A stretch of 33,178 nt of DNA from an uncultured Dehalococcoidales bacterium (GCA_964431905.1 CAYSLE010000002.1:1-33178); one strand, 5' to 3'; positions 1-9,128 are shown, counted from the first letter of the stretch. Numbers and translations: made by a program. Notes: generated from the sequence alone by a model not told the origin.

Positions 1-428
1 TGGTGGATTTCCTCCACGGTGAGCGCTCTTGGCGCAGAGTCGCGGCGGGTGGAGACCTCTGAAGGTGCTACCTCCTCCAGCGGAGCGCCCTCCCCTTTCG
101 CCCACCAGTATTGGAGACCCAGCTGGATGGCGACCTTGGTCCCTTCAGCGTGTACCGCATCGGTGAGTTGGCGATGGCCCGGGATAAACCTGTCGTGGTA
201 GATGCCTATCATGCCCGGGAGTGGCCGCCCCAGGCTGGAGGGGATAGTTATGCCTGTGATCACGAGCCCAGCCCCTCCCTTTGCTCGCTTAACAAAGAAG
301 TTTTTCTGCCGATCACTAACCTGATCATCGGCACCATAGCCAGTCCCGATCGCCAGGAACATTATCCTGTTCTCGAGCTCTAGTCTCCCCACTTTGATGG
401 GTTGGAACAAGTTTTTTAGCTCTGTCAC
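1..428 (-). CDS. NADH:flavin oxidoreductase, Old Yellow Enzyme / 2,4-dienoyl-CoA reductase-like family (N-terminal 142 codons; 3' end beyond window)
   Basis: Not in the supplied ORF track because there is no stop in the window. Reverse-strand reading from GTG 428..426, preceded by GAAGGAGG (440..433, 4-nt spacer), gives MTELKNLFQPIKVGRLELENRIMFLAIGTGY...KRAKGGAGLVITG...HAEGTKVAIQLG.... This is the typical N-terminus of FMN TIM-barrel OYE-family enzymes (LFxPxxxGxxxLxNR; GGxGLxITG; xxIQL). The + ORF 111..383 is its antisense shadow. Confidence 0.75.
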   Translation of the reverse strand, partial: MTELKNLFQPIKVGRLELENRIMFLAIGTGYGADDQVSDRQKNFFVKRAKGGAGLVITGITIPSSLGRPLPGMIGIYHDRFIPGHRQLTDAVHAEGTKVAIQLGLQYWWAKGEGAPLEEVAPSEVSTRRDSAPRALTVEEIH

Positions 429-481
429 TTAGCCTCCTTCATTGAGGAAAGATGTTATGATAACCGAACAACCGATGGACG

Positions 482-2185
482 TCAATATGAGCGCCTCCTC
501 GCCAGAGACCACAGTGCGCTTAGCGGCCTCAGCTTGAAGGCGGTGGTGGGGAGCTCAAGCTCTCTCTTCCCTCCCGCCATTGACATATTGACCCAATCCA
601 CCGTGGGCTTAATCTGGGCCAGCTCCTCCTCCCTCCCTGAAGAGATTATCTCATCGATGCGGTGGAGCAGATGGACCGCGGTATTCAGCCGCTTCTCTTC
701 AAATTCGGCCATCTCCTTTGTTATTGAACCATGCTCCGCTTTGAGGCGATTAAGGCGCAGCAATGCTTCGTAGGCGCTGGACACTATCTGGTTACGGGTC
801 ATCCATTTCGTTTCGTAATTGATGGTGTACTTCCAGCTGGGCTTGACCAGCGCCCGGCGGTGCTCCTCAAGGGTTCGGAAACGGAGGCGGTAGCCGTGTC
901 GCTCCGGGTTCTCAAAGGCCAGGCTCGCCGGGTCAAGGAAGGGGGAGAGCGGAGCGATAAAAGGCACCGTTCTTTGGAATCTATCCAGCAGAAAGCCGCA
1001 GTAGTCTATGGTATCCATTACTGACTTGGTGGTCTGCTTGGGCAGGCCGGTCATGAAGAAAACATCCACTCTGTGGCAGCCGGCTTCAAGGGCATCTGCG
1101 ATAGTTTCCTCTAGCTCCTCATTGGAGTAGTCCCGGCCGCAGGCCTTTCGAACCGCGGGGTCATGGGACTCGGGCGAGATCTCCAGGCAAAATCCAGGGC
1201 ATGCCTCTCCCATCTTTTTTAAGAATTCCTTAGGAGCCGGCCGGAATAGCTCCAGGATGAGCTGATTTTTCGCTGCCTCCTGCCCCAGAAGCTGGAGAAG
1301 GCGGTAGGCATAGTCCTCACCCGGCTGGCGGATATCGCCCAGGATGAAGATTGGGCCATTAGTGATGCGCCCGATACTATTAACATCGCGGGCCACAGCC
1401 TCAGGGCTGCGGAAGGCGGGATTTCCCCGGTTATAGGCGTGACGGAAGGCAGCAGCCGAACCGCCGCAGATCAAGCAGTTCTCAGTGCAGCCGCGGCAAG
1501 TGAGCACCGCGGTTATGGGATAGCGCAGCCAATCCTTGAACGGGAGGTAGCTTGAGAGGTCGCGGTGTCTGACTACCAGTGATACCGTGTGGTCATAGTA
1601 GTGGAGCATCACATCGTTAAGCTCATCGGGGACATGGGATAGTGGATTCTCGCGCACCTCCCCAGTTTCATCCCGCCAAGAAAGATTGGGCACCGATGTG
1701 GGCTCATTTTCATCGGTGATGCACTCCAGTAGCTGGCGAAAAGGCTCCTCTGTGGAATCGCCGCGGAGCACGTAATCGATCTCGGGGTAATGGAAAAGCT
1801 CCCGATGATAGTAGGAAGCAGAGAGGCCACCGACGACCACCTTCGAATTAGGGTGATGCTGCTTCACTATTCGGGCGATCTCCACAGCACCGTGGGAATG
1901 AAGCATCCAATGAAGGTCGATGCCGAAAACGGATGAGTTCAGCCTCTTAATGAACTTCTCAGCATCGAAATTCGGGTCGCGGAGCATGCGAACCGCCAGG
2001 TTCACCATGTGCACCCGATAGCCAGCGCGCCCTAGATACTCTGCGATGCTGGTCAGCCCTATGGGGTAGAGCTCAAAGATGGGGGAGGAGGGAATGAGGT
2101 CGCTGACCGGGCCGTAGAGGATAGTCCTAGTGCGAAAGTCGTATATGCTGGGCGCATGCAGCAAAATTAGGTCGGCGCGGGGCAC
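482..2185 (-). CDS. B12-binding-domain radical SAM enzyme (class B rSAM), substrate unknown
   Basis: 567 aa. The N-terminal Rossmann-like B12-binding-type domain reads LILLHAPS...YPIGLTSIAEYL...SKVVVGGLSASYY...DYVLRGDSTE. The radical SAM cysteine motif lies in CRGCTENCLICGG (CxxxCxxC = C-TEN-C-LI-C). GTG start is preceded by GAAGGAG. A same-strand gene follows 53 nt downstream. Confidence 0.85.
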   Translation of the reverse strand: MPRADLILLHAPSIYDFRTRTILYGPVSDLIPSSPIFELYPIGLTSIAEYLGRAGYRVHMVNLAVRMLRDPNFDAEKFIKRLNSSVFGIDLHWMLHSHGAVEIARIVKQHHPNSKVVVGGLSASYYHRELFHYPEIDYVLRGDSTEEPFRQLLECITDENEPTSVPNLSWRDETGEVRENPLSHVPDELNDVMLHYYDHTVSLVVRHRDLSSYLPFKDWLRYPITAVLTCRGCTENCLICGGSAAAFRHAYNRGNPAFRSPEAVARDVNSIGRITNGPIFILGDIRQPGEDYAYRLLQLLGQEAAKNQLILELFRPAPKEFLKKMGEACPGFCLEISPESHDPAVRKACGRDYSNEELEETIADALEAGCHRVDVFFMTGLPKQTTKSVMDTIDYCGFLLDRFQRTVPFIAPLSPFLDPASLAFENPERHGYRLRFRTLEEHRRALVKPSWKYTINYETKWMTRNQIVSSAYEALLRLNRLKAEHGSITKEMAEFEEKRLNTAVHLLHRIDEIISSGREEELAQIKPTVDWVNMSMAGGKRELELPTTAFKLRPLSALWSLARRRSY

Positions 2186-2216
2186 AAGAGTTACTCCTTC
2201 TATGGCGATTCAACTA

Positions 2217-2245
2217 ATAATAACCAACCCCAGAGGGCAGGTCAA
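2217..2245 (-). promoter_or_regulatory. Predicted sigma70-type promoter for the rSAM/OYE operon
   Basis: On the minus strand: TTGACC (2245..2240), a 17-nt spacer, then TATTAT (2222..2217). This lies about 30 nt upstream of the GTG at 2185. Sequence-pattern prediction only. Confidence 0.45.
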
Positions 2246-2269
2246 TAGTGAAAATCGTGGCTTTTTGGC

Positions 2270-2298
2270 TTTACAACCAGGATGACATGATGTATAAT
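2270..2298 (+). promoter_or_regulatory. Predicted sigma70-type promoter (extended -10) for the nuo operon
   Basis: TTTACA (2270..2275), a 17-nt spacer, then TG-n-TATAAT (TGTATAAT 2291..2298). The predicted transcript start near 2305 lies just before AAAGGAGGG (2307..2315). Confidence 0.5.
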
Positions 2299-2318
2299 TG
2301 CGCCGCAAAGGAGGGCAT

Positions 2319-2690
2319 TTGCTTGGGAACTTCGGCTACATTGGAATTTTCCTCATCCTCTCTCTCGGCTTCGCCATCCTTCTCATCCTGCTTCCTCCCC
2401 TTCTGAGACTTGTGGGCATTGTCCCCAAGAAACCAAACCCGGTTAAGACCTCCACCTATGAGTGTGGCATGCAGCCCGTCGGCACCTCCTGGATTCAATT
2501 TAAGGCCCAGTATTATGTCTTCGCCTTGCTCTTTGTTGCCTTCGACATACAGGTGGTTTTCCTCTATCCTTGGGCAGTATCCATTAACCAGCTCAAAGTC
2601 TTCGGCCTAGTGGAGATGGTTGCCTTCTTCCTCATCCTAATCGTCGGCTTTGTTTATGCCTGGAGGAAAGGGGTCCTGGTCTGGAAGTAG
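2319..2690 (+). CDS. nuoA: NADH-quinone oxidoreductase subunit A
   Basis: Motifs YECGM and [12 protein letters not shown], with three hydrophobic segments. I prefer TTG 2319 (RBS AAAGGAGGG 2307..2315) over the track start TTG 2298, which sits inside the predicted -10 box. Confidence 0.9.
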   Translation: MLGNFGYIGIFLILSLGFAILLILLPPLLRLVGIVPKKPNPVKTSTYECGMQPVGTSWIQFKAQYYVFALLFVAFDIQVVFLYPWAVSINQLKVFGLVEMVAFFLILIVGFVYAWRKGVLVWK

Positions 2691-3271
2691 TGATGAGGCC
2701 ATATGACTCGAATGAACTAGATGCCGCTGAAGGCGCTGAGATCGAGGCGCTGCGCAAGGTGTCGCGGGAGCCATACCCAGACCCTGTTGGGTGGCTGGAG
2801 GAGGATATCGACAGGAGCGTTCTGGTCACCTCCGTCGATTACGTCATCGATTGGGGGCGGCGTTTCTCCCTCTGGCCAGTGAACCTGGGTCTTGCCTGCT
2901 GTGCCTTTGAGATGATCGGCCTGGCCGCATCGCGCTTTGACATTTCTCGCTTCGGCATGGAGCTTTTCCGCGCTTCACCACGTCAGGCAGACCTGATGCT
3001 TGTCGCAGGGACGCTAACCTGGAAGATGGCACCGGCGCTGAAGCGAATCTATGACCAGATGCCGGAGCCGAAGTGGGTTGTTGCCATGGGCTCCTGCGCC
3101 ATAAGCGGGGGGCCCTTCCGCGGCTCGTATAGCGTGGTAAACGGGGTAAATCTCATCTTTCCTGTAGATGTGTATATCCCGGGATGCCCACCGCGCCCTG
3201 AGGCGCTGATGTATGGGTTAATCTTGCTGCACCGCAAGATCAGCAAGGAAACCTTCTGGAAGAAGAGGTAA
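2690..3271 (+). CDS. nuoB: NADH-quinone oxidoreductase subunit B (N2 4Fe-4S subunit)
   Basis: Motifs [19 protein letters not shown] and [13 protein letters not shown] 2690 (ATG is the next codon) overlaps the nuoA stop. Confidence 0.95.
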   Translation: MMRPYDSNELDAAEGAEIEALRKVSREPYPDPVGWLEEDIDRSVLVTSVDYVIDWGRRFSLWPVNLGLACCAFEMIGLAASRFDISRFGMELFRASPRQADLMLVAGTLTWKMAPALKRIYDQMPEPKWVVAMGSCAISGGPFRGSYSVVNGVNLIFPVDVYIPGCPPRPEALMYGLILLHRKISKETFWKKR

Positions 3272-3272
3272 G

Positions 3273-3722
3273 GTGACCGTAGCTCTTTCTGGCGGGGACG
3301 TTGCCAAGCGGATAGGGGAGCATCTCCCCGATGCAGTGGCTGAATTCGATGAAACCGCGGTTTTTGTCAGGGGAGAACATGTCTTGGACGTGGCCCGCTT
3401 TCTTAAAGAGACCCCCGGCCTTGAATTTGACTACCTCAATAGTATTACCGCTGTAGACTACCCCCAGTATTTTGAGGTAGTTTACCACCTGATATCGATA
3501 AAGAATAACCATAGTATTGTTTTGAAGGCAAGGTGCCATCAGCGTGACAATCCTCGGGTAACATCAGTGGTCAGCCTGTGGCAGGGTGCCGATTTTCAGG
3601 AGCGAGAGGTCTACGACCTTATGGGTATAGCCTTTGATGGGCATCCCAATTTGAAGCGCATGTTCCTGTGGCACGGGTTTCAGGGATATCCTCTGAGAAA
3701 GGATTACCAGAGCGGTGTTTAA
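3273..3722 (+). CDS. nuoC: NADH-quinone oxidoreductase subunit C (30-kDa subunit, short form)
   Basis: Motif [30 protein letters not shown]. The GTG start is 1 nt after the nuoB stop and is preceded by GAAGAAGAGG. Confidence 0.9.
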   Translation: MTVALSGGDVAKRIGEHLPDAVAEFDETAVFVRGEHVLDVARFLKETPGLEFDYLNSITAVDYPQYFEVVYHLISIKNNHSIVLKARCHQRDNPRVTSVVSLWQGADFQEREVYDLMGIAFDGHPNLKRMFLWHGFQGYPLRKDYQSGV

Positions 3723-4815
3723 GACCGAGCCGATAATGATAAATTTCGGCCCCCAGCACCCCTCAACCCATGGGGTGTTCCGGATGAGGATCACCTTTGA
3801 TGGCGAGCGTATCCTAGATATCGAGCCTGTCTTCGGCTACCTTCACCGCGGCATCGAGAAGCTCGGCGAATCCAAAACCTACACTCAGGTTATACCCTAC
3901 ACTGATAGGCTCGATTACCTGGCCTCCATGACCAACAACCATGCCTATGTGCTGGCGGTGGAGAAGCTGGCTGGGATCGAGGTGCCGGAGCGAGCTGAGT
4001 ATTTGCGGGTGATCATGGCCGAACTGATGCGCATCGCCAGCCACCTGATGACAGTGGGTTTTCTGCTCAACGAGATGGGCGCCTTCATGACCCCCCTGCT
4101 ATACATGTGGCGGGAGCGGGAAAAGATCCTGGATCTCTTTGAGATGGTGTGCGGGCAGCGGCTTACCTATAACTATATGCGTATCGGTGGGCTGAGCCAT
4201 GATATACCTGAGCAGTTTATGCCCGCCCTCAAAAGGTTCATCGACGAGATGCCCGGCTTCATCGATGAATATGAGCAGCTGCTGGCTGAAAACGAGATTT
4301 TGCTGGCGCGCACCAAAGGGGTGGGCGTTTTGACTGCGGAGAAGGCCATCAATTGCTCTGTCAGCGGCCCTGTGCTCCGGGCCAGTGGGGTAAAATGGGA
4401 CATCCGCAGAGCCGACCCCTATTCCATATATGAGCGGTTCGATTTCGAGATCCCAACCTGCCACAATGGCGATGTCTATGAACGCTATCGGATGCGAATC
4501 CTTGAGATGAGGCAGAGCGTGCGCATAATAGAGCAGGCCATGGCTCAAATCCCCGATGGTGAGGTTCGAACCAAGGTTCCAGCCATGCTCCGGCCCCCCA
4601 AGGGTGAGGCCTATGGCCATATAGAGGGGCCCAAGGGGGAGCTGGGCTTCTATCTGGTTAGCGATGGCTCCCCCAAGCCCTATCGCTTCCACATACGCGC
4701 CCCGGCGCTCATAAACCTCACCATGTTCCGAGACCTGTGTGTGGGGAATTTGCTGGCTGACGCCCTGATTACCCTGGGCAGCATCGATATCTGTATGGGC
4801 GAGGTGGACCGCTAG
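3715..4815 (+). CDS. nuoD: NADH-quinone oxidoreductase subunit D (49-kDa subunit)
   Basis: [14 protein letters not shown] near the N-terminus, RIASHLM, and C-terminal [15 protein letters not shown] 3715 overlaps nuoC by 8 nt. ATG 3736 is an alternative start. Confidence 0.95.
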   Translation: MFKTEPIMINFGPQHPSTHGVFRMRITFDGERILDIEPVFGYLHRGIEKLGESKTYTQVIPYTDRLDYLASMTNNHAYVLAVEKLAGIEVPERAEYLRVIMAELMRIASHLMTVGFLLNEMGAFMTPLLYMWREREKILDLFEMVCGQRLTYNYMRIGGLSHDIPEQFMPALKRFIDEMPGFIDEYEQLLAENEILLARTKGVGVLTAEKAINCSVSGPVLRASGVKWDIRRADPYSIYERFDFEIPTCHNGDVYERYRMRILEMRQSVRIIEQAMAQIPDGEVRTKVPAMLRPPKGEAYGHIEGPKGELGFYLVSDGSPKPYRFHIRAPALINLTMFRDLCVGNLLADALITLGSIDICMGEVDR

Positions 4816-6395
4816 TGGGAATTCTGGAGCAGTTCCAACAGTGGCTGTTGAATTACTGGCCCTCCTGGGCAGCGTATCTAGTGCCGGCGCTGATAGCATT
4901 TGTCATCATCGCCATAGTTGTCTTGGTGATGGCTTTGATGCTCATCTACATCGAGAGGCGGGTCATAGGCAGGTTCCAGATTCGCCTTGGTCCCAATCGC
5001 GCTGGGCCCTGGGGCATCCTCCAGACGGTAGCCGATGCCATAAAGGTGCTGATAAAGGAGGACATTGTCCCCATCAGGGCGGACCCTTGGGTTCACTTCT
5101 GGGCTCCCATCATCGCCTTTTTCCCTGCTCTGATGATCTTTGCCGTTATCCCCTGGGGTCGGGGGGCTATCTTCGCCGATCTTAACATCGGCATCCTCTA
5201 TGTAATTGCTATCTCCTCTATAGGTCTTATTGGCGTTTTTATGGCGGGGTGGGGCTCCAACAACAAATTCTCGTTGGTAGCTGCCATGCGCACTGTAGCC
5301 CAGATGATTAGCTATGAGATCCCGCTGGTGCTTTCCATCGGTGGCGTGCTCATCATCGCCGGCTCCCTTTCCATGGTCAGCATCGTTGAGGCCCAGGAGC
5401 TCCCCTTCTTCTTGCTCCAGCCCTTGGGATTCCTCATCTTCTTTCTCGCAGCTACCTCTGAGATCAATCGTAGTCCCTTCGACCTGCTGGAGGCGGAATC
5501 GGAGATCGTGACTGGTTATCACACTGAATACTCGGGGATGAAGTTCGCCCTCTTTTACCTTACTGAATACACCCATGCCTTTGCCTTATCCGCTATCGCC
5601 ACTACACTCTTTCTCGGTGGCTGGAGGTGGGCTCTCCTGCCGGGCCCGCTCTGGTTCTTCATCAAGCTTCTCCTGGTATTTATCCTTCTCCTGTGGATGC
5701 GGAGCACCCTGCCCCGGGTCAGGGTAGATCAGTTGATGGGGTTTGCCTGGAAGTTCCTCTTCCCCCTGGCGCTTATCAACCTGTTTATCACTGCCGCCGA
5801 AGCGATTATCTGGCCCGGATTCACGTGGTGGTTGATCTTCCTCAACTTTGCCATTGCCGCTCTCCTCTTAGTTCTGTGGTCAGGATTGTTCCCAGTGCCG
5901 GGGGAAGGAATGAGCTTTAGAAGATATGGTCGCGGCATTGCCGAAGGCATGGCAGTGACCCTTAAGCACCTTTTCCGCCGCCCCATTACGGTGCAGTATC
6001 CCGAGCAGCGGCTCACTCCGGCGCCGCGATTCCGGGGCAATGAGTTGATTTGGGATGAAGAGCGTTGCAACGGTTGCCGAGCCTGCGCCCGGGCCTGCCC
6101 CGTTTCCATAATCGATATCGAAACACGAAAGAGTGAGAAGGGCTTGGTTGTAGAGAAGATAGAGGTAGATTTCGGGCGCTGCCTGTTTTGCGGCCTTTGC
6201 GTTGAGGCCTGCCCGATGCGAGCTCTTTTTATGAGCCGAGATTATGAAAAGGCGGGTTACCGGCGGGAGTCGCTGGTGATGAATACAGAGCAGTTTATCG
6301 CTGCGGAGAAGAGGCGCAGTGCTTATGCCTATCCCGATCTGGAGGCGGAGATGCCTCCCCAGACCCTGCTGGCTCCGCCCAAGGAGGTGCGCTAG
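4815..6395 (+). CDS. nuoH/nuoI: Fused NADH-quinone oxidoreductase subunits H (residues ~1-333) and I (residues 366-526), joined by a hydrophobic linker
   Basis: One 526-codon ORF. The NuoH part has ERRVIGRFQIRLGPNRAGPWGILQTVADAIKVLIKED, EAESEIVTGYHTEYSGMKFALFYLTEY and RVDQLMGFAWKFLFPLALINL. The NuoI part has AVTLKHLFRRPITVQYPE, CNGCRACARACP and CLFCGLCVEACP. There is no stop codon between the two parts. Confidence 0.9.
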   Translation: MGILEQFQQWLLNYWPSWAAYLVPALIAFVIIAIVVLVMALMLIYIERRVIGRFQIRLGPNRAGPWGILQTVADAIKVLIKEDIVPIRADPWVHFWAPIIAFFPALMIFAVIPWGRGAIFADLNIGILYVIAISSIGLIGVFMAGWGSNNKFSLVAAMRTVAQMISYEIPLVLSIGGVLIIAGSLSMVSIVEAQELPFFLLQPLGFLIFFLAATSEINRSPFDLLEAESEIVTGYHTEYSGMKFALFYLTEYTHAFALSAIATTLFLGGWRWALLPGPLWFFIKLLLVFILLLWMRSTLPRVRVDQLMGFAWKFLFPLALINLFITAAEAIIWPGFTWWLIFLNFAIAALLLVLWSGLFPVPGEGMSFRRYGRGIAEGMAVTLKHLFRRPITVQYPEQRLTPAPRFRGNELIWDEERCNGCRACARACPVSIIDIETRKSEKGLVVEKIEVDFGRCLFCGLCVEACPMRALFMSRDYEKAGYRRESLVMNTEQFIAAEKRRSAYAYPDLEAEMPPQTLLAPPKEVR

Positions 6396-6889
6396 TGGAA
6401 ATAGGGATTACCATAGCCTTCTGGGTCTTGGCCGTGGTGATGGTCAGTGCTGCCCTGGCTGTGGTCCTGCTGCGCAATATCTTCCATTCTGCCCTCTTTC
6501 TCATTCTATCCTTCTTCACTGTAGCTGGCATATTTGTCATCCTGAGCGCTAGTTTCCTGGCCGCAGCGCAGGTGCTCATTTATGTTGGCGCTATCGCGGT
6601 GCTGATTGTCTTCGCCGTCATGCTCACCCGTGAGACGCAGCGGGGCAGTCCTTCAGGACGACTTCGGCTGCCGGCGTTGATAGTAGGTCTGCTATTTCTA
6701 ATTACCATGATCTCAGTGGTGCTGACCACCGATTGGAGTGTGGTCGCTGTGGTTCCAGAGCCGACGATATCGTCCTTGGCCCAGGCTCTTTTCAGTAAGG
6801 AGCAGGGCTTTGTCCTTGCTTTCGAAATATCGGCGGCGCTTCTCTTGGCCGCAATAATTGGCGCTATCGCGCTGGTGAGGAATAAGTAA
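6395..6889 (+). CDS. nuoJ: NADH-quinone oxidoreductase subunit J
   Basis: 164 aa, multi-TM, in the expected operon position. Sequence AAAQVLIYVGAIAVLIVFAVML. GTG overlaps the preceding TAG as TAGTG. Confidence 0.85.
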   Translation: MEIGITIAFWVLAVVMVSAALAVVLLRNIFHSALFLILSFFTVAGIFVILSASFLAAAQVLIYVGAIAVLIVFAVMLTRETQRGSPSGRLRLPALIVGLLFLITMISVVLTTDWSVVAVVPEPTISSLAQALFSKEQGFVLAFEISAALLLAAIIGAIALVRNK

Positions 6890-7201
6890 ATGGCTATTGG
6901 ACTGGAGCACTTCCTGATCCTTTCGGCGATACTCTTCTCCATTGGACTCTACGGCGCTCTGGCCAAAAGAAACACCCTTGTCATCCTGATGAGCATTGAG
7001 CTTATGCTCAATGCAGTGAACATAACTTTGGTAGCCTTCTGGCGGTATGTAGCGCCGGCGCTGATGACCGGGCAGGTCTTTGTCATCTTCGTTATGGTGC
7101 TCGCTGCCGCCGAGGTGGCTGTTGGTCTGGCGATAATCATCTCCATCTATCGAAGCCGGGAAACAGTGGATGCGGAGCAAATCGATCAGATGAAATGGTA
7201 G
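6890..7201 (+). CDS. nuoK: NADH-quinone oxidoreductase subunit K
   Basis: 103 aa with 3 TM segments. Sequence SIELMLNAVNITLVAF...LAAAEVAVGLAIIISIYR. ATG directly follows the nuoJ TAA. Confidence 0.9.
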   Translation: MAIGLEHFLILSAILFSIGLYGALAKRNTLVILMSIELMLNAVNITLVAFWRYVAPALMTGQVFVIFVMVLAAAEVAVGLAIIISIYRSRETVDAEQIDQMKW

Positions 7202-7205
7202 TGAG

Positions 7206-9119
7206 ATGCCGACTGGAGTAGCCTTAGCCATCTTTCTGCTGCCCTTTCTCTCCTTTGTCATCATCTCTTTTGTCATCAGGCCCTTCTTCGACAAGCGCCC
7301 CCAGTTCAGCGGATATGTAACCATCGCTAGTATAGGAACATCTCTTATCCTCTCCCTTTGGGTTTTGGTGGAGGTGCTCCGGGCTCCTGGGCATGTGCTT
7401 ACCATGCCCGATTATCAGTGGCTGGCCATCGGCGATACCGCAATCAATATAGGGGTGACCCTGGACGCGCTGGCGGCGGTGATGCTCATCGTAGTCACAT
7501 CGGTCAGCCTGCTGGTGCAAATCTACTCCCAGGGCTATATGCATGGCGACCCCGGCTACTCGCGCTACTTCGCCTTCATGTCCCTATTCACCGGGTCGAT
7601 GCTGGGGCTGGTTTTAGCCGATAACCTTATTTTCCTCTACCTGTTTTGGGAGGGGGTGGGGCTTTGTTCCTATCTCCTCATCGGCTTCTGGTTCCACAAG
7701 CCGGAGGCGGCAAGGGCGGCGACCAAGGCCTTTGTTGTCACCAGGCTCGGCGACTTCGGCTTTCTGGCGGCCATCCTGCTGCTCTATGCCAACACCGGCA
7801 CCTTTGACATCGGCGAGCTTCATGAGCTGGCCCTAGCCGGTGCCCTGGGCGGCACAGTTCTGACCTGGGCTGCCATCGGCGTCTTCTCCGGGGCGGTGGG
7901 CAAATCGGCGCAGTTCCCGCTCCATACCTGGCTCCCCGATGCCATGGAGGGCCCAACGCCGGTCAGCGCCCTGATCCATGCTGCCACTATGGTTGCCGCC
8001 GGCGTCTATCTGGTGGCTCGCATGTTCCCCATGTTCGCCTCCTCCACTGAGGCCATAACCACGGTGGCCATCATCGGGGGCTTTACCGCTATCTTCGCCG
8101 CCACTATGGGCCTGGTGATGAACGATATTAAGCGGGTTCTGGCCTATTCCACCATCAGCCAGCTTGGCTACATGATGCTGGGCTTGGGCGCGGTGGGCGT
8201 GGCCGTGTCACGGGGAGCCCTTGACTTGGAGCATGGTTTGATGTTGGGTGTGGCGGTGGGCATTTTCCACCTGTTCAACCACGCCTTCTTCAAAGCGCTT
8301 CTGTTCTTGGGGGCAGGGAGCGTTAACCATGCCACTGGCACCTTCGATATGAGGATGATGGGGGGGCTGAGAAAGGCGATGCCCTGGACATATGTCACAT
8401 TCCTCATCGCCGCGCTCAGCATCGCTGGCATATGGCCTCTGGCCGGGTTCTGGAGCAAAGAAGGCATCCTGGCTGAATCCCTGCACTATGTCCCGGTATT
8501 GTTCGCCCTGGCCCTGTTCACCGTTTTCCTCACCGCCTTGTATATGTTTCGTGCAGTGTTCATGACCTTCGGCGGGGAGTATCGGGGGCAATCTGATGGT
8601 AGCCATGAAGTCCACGAATCGCCTTTAGTGATGCTGGTTCCTATGGTTCTGCTGGCCATCCTCGCCGTGGCCTCGGGATGGCTTCCCATTAGCGAATTTC
8701 TGGGCGGGGAGTCCCATAGCTTCTTCGGCGTTTTGGCCAGCCCCTTAGCCTGGGGCTCTCTGATGGCGGCTGGTCTGGGCATCCTGCTTGCCTATGCCAT
8801 TTACAGTAAGGAATGGCTTTCCGCTGAATCGCTGAGGCGGACTTTTGCCCCGATTTATACCCTGCTCTCCAGGAAGTACTGGTTTGACGAGCTCTATGAG
8901 AATTTGTTTGTAGTGCGGGTTTTGATCGATGGGCTTTTCGCCGCCTTCCATTGGTTCGATGATGAGATTGTCGATGGCGTGGTGAACGGAGTAGCCAATG
9001 GCACGGTGATAGCGAGCAAGCGCGTCAGAAGGGTGCAAACGGGGCAATTGCAGCTTTATGGGATAGCTATCTTTATCGGTATCTTGGCCATAGTAGCCTG
9101 TTTCTTTGTCTTTGGTTAG
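7206..9119 (+). CDS. nuoL: NADH-quinone oxidoreductase subunit L (antiporter-like, with C-terminal lateral helix)
   Basis: Motifs HTWLPDAMEGPTPVSALIHAATMV and LAYSTISQLGYM. The long C-terminal segment WFDELYENLFVV...DGVVNG is followed by a terminal TM helix. Confidence 0.95.
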   Translation: MPTGVALAIFLLPFLSFVIISFVIRPFFDKRPQFSGYVTIASIGTSLILSLWVLVEVLRAPGHVLTMPDYQWLAIGDTAINIGVTLDALAAVMLIVVTSVSLLVQIYSQGYMHGDPGYSRYFAFMSLFTGSMLGLVLADNLIFLYLFWEGVGLCSYLLIGFWFHKPEAARAATKAFVVTRLGDFGFLAAILLLYANTGTFDIGELHELALAGALGGTVLTWAAIGVFSGAVGKSAQFPLHTWLPDAMEGPTPVSALIHAATMVAAGVYLVARMFPMFASSTEAITTVAIIGGFTAIFAATMGLVMNDIKRVLAYSTISQLGYMMLGLGAVGVAVSRGALDLEHGLMLGVAVGIFHLFNHAFFKALLFLGAGSVNHATGTFDMRMMGGLRKAMPWTYVTFLIAALSIAGIWPLAGFWSKEGILAESLHYVPVLFALALFTVFLTALYMFRAVFMTFGGEYRGQSDGSHEVHESPLVMLVPMVLLAILAVASGWLPISEFLGGESHSFFGVLASPLAWGSLMAAGLGILLAYAIYSKEWLSAESLRRTFAPIYTLLSRKYWFDELYENLFVVRVLIDGLFAAFHWFDDEIVDGVVNGVANGTVIASKRVRRVQTGQLQLYGIAIFIGILAIVACFFVFG

Positions 9120-9128
9120 GAGGGAAGT

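Noticed and set aside
111-383. 90-aa + strand ORF (and 19..201) at the left edge
   Set aside because: It lies antisense to a much better reading frame on the minus strand. That frame has a strong RBS and a textbook OYE-family N-terminus. The + strand ORF has no RBS and no recognisable motifs.
4808-4820. Repeated junction string CGCTAGTGG at nuoD/nuoH (about 4810) and nuoI/nuoJ (about 6390)
   Set aside because: Both are ordinary TAGTG stop/start overlaps. A 9-nt identity at two coupling sites is most simply coincidence or coupling preference, not a mobile or regulatory repeat.
4099-4899. 266-aa minus-strand ORF inside nuoD (similar cases: 4878..5576, 6713..7405, 7224..7544, 8208..8615, 9435..9842, 11810..12271)
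   Set aside because: These are antisense shadows of nuo genes that carry unambiguous family motifs. The translations are G/R/H/P/D-rich low-complexity sequences typical of the reverse frame of GC-rich membrane-protein genes, and they lack RBSs.
4841-5185. Same-strand alternative-frame ORFs within nuo genes (4841..5185, 5627..5920, 7358..7624, 9437..9733, 9824..10051)
   Set aside because: These are Pro/Arg/Gly-rich out-of-frame readings of genes whose annotated frame is clearly correct. I see no evidence for overlapping genes.
5900-5912. Separate nuoI gene initiating at ATG 5910
   Set aside because: I considered it because GGGGGAAGGA precedes the ATG. There is no stop codon ending nuoH, and the SD-to-ATG spacing is too short. 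I therefore annotate a fusion, though internal initiation cannot be excluded without experiments.
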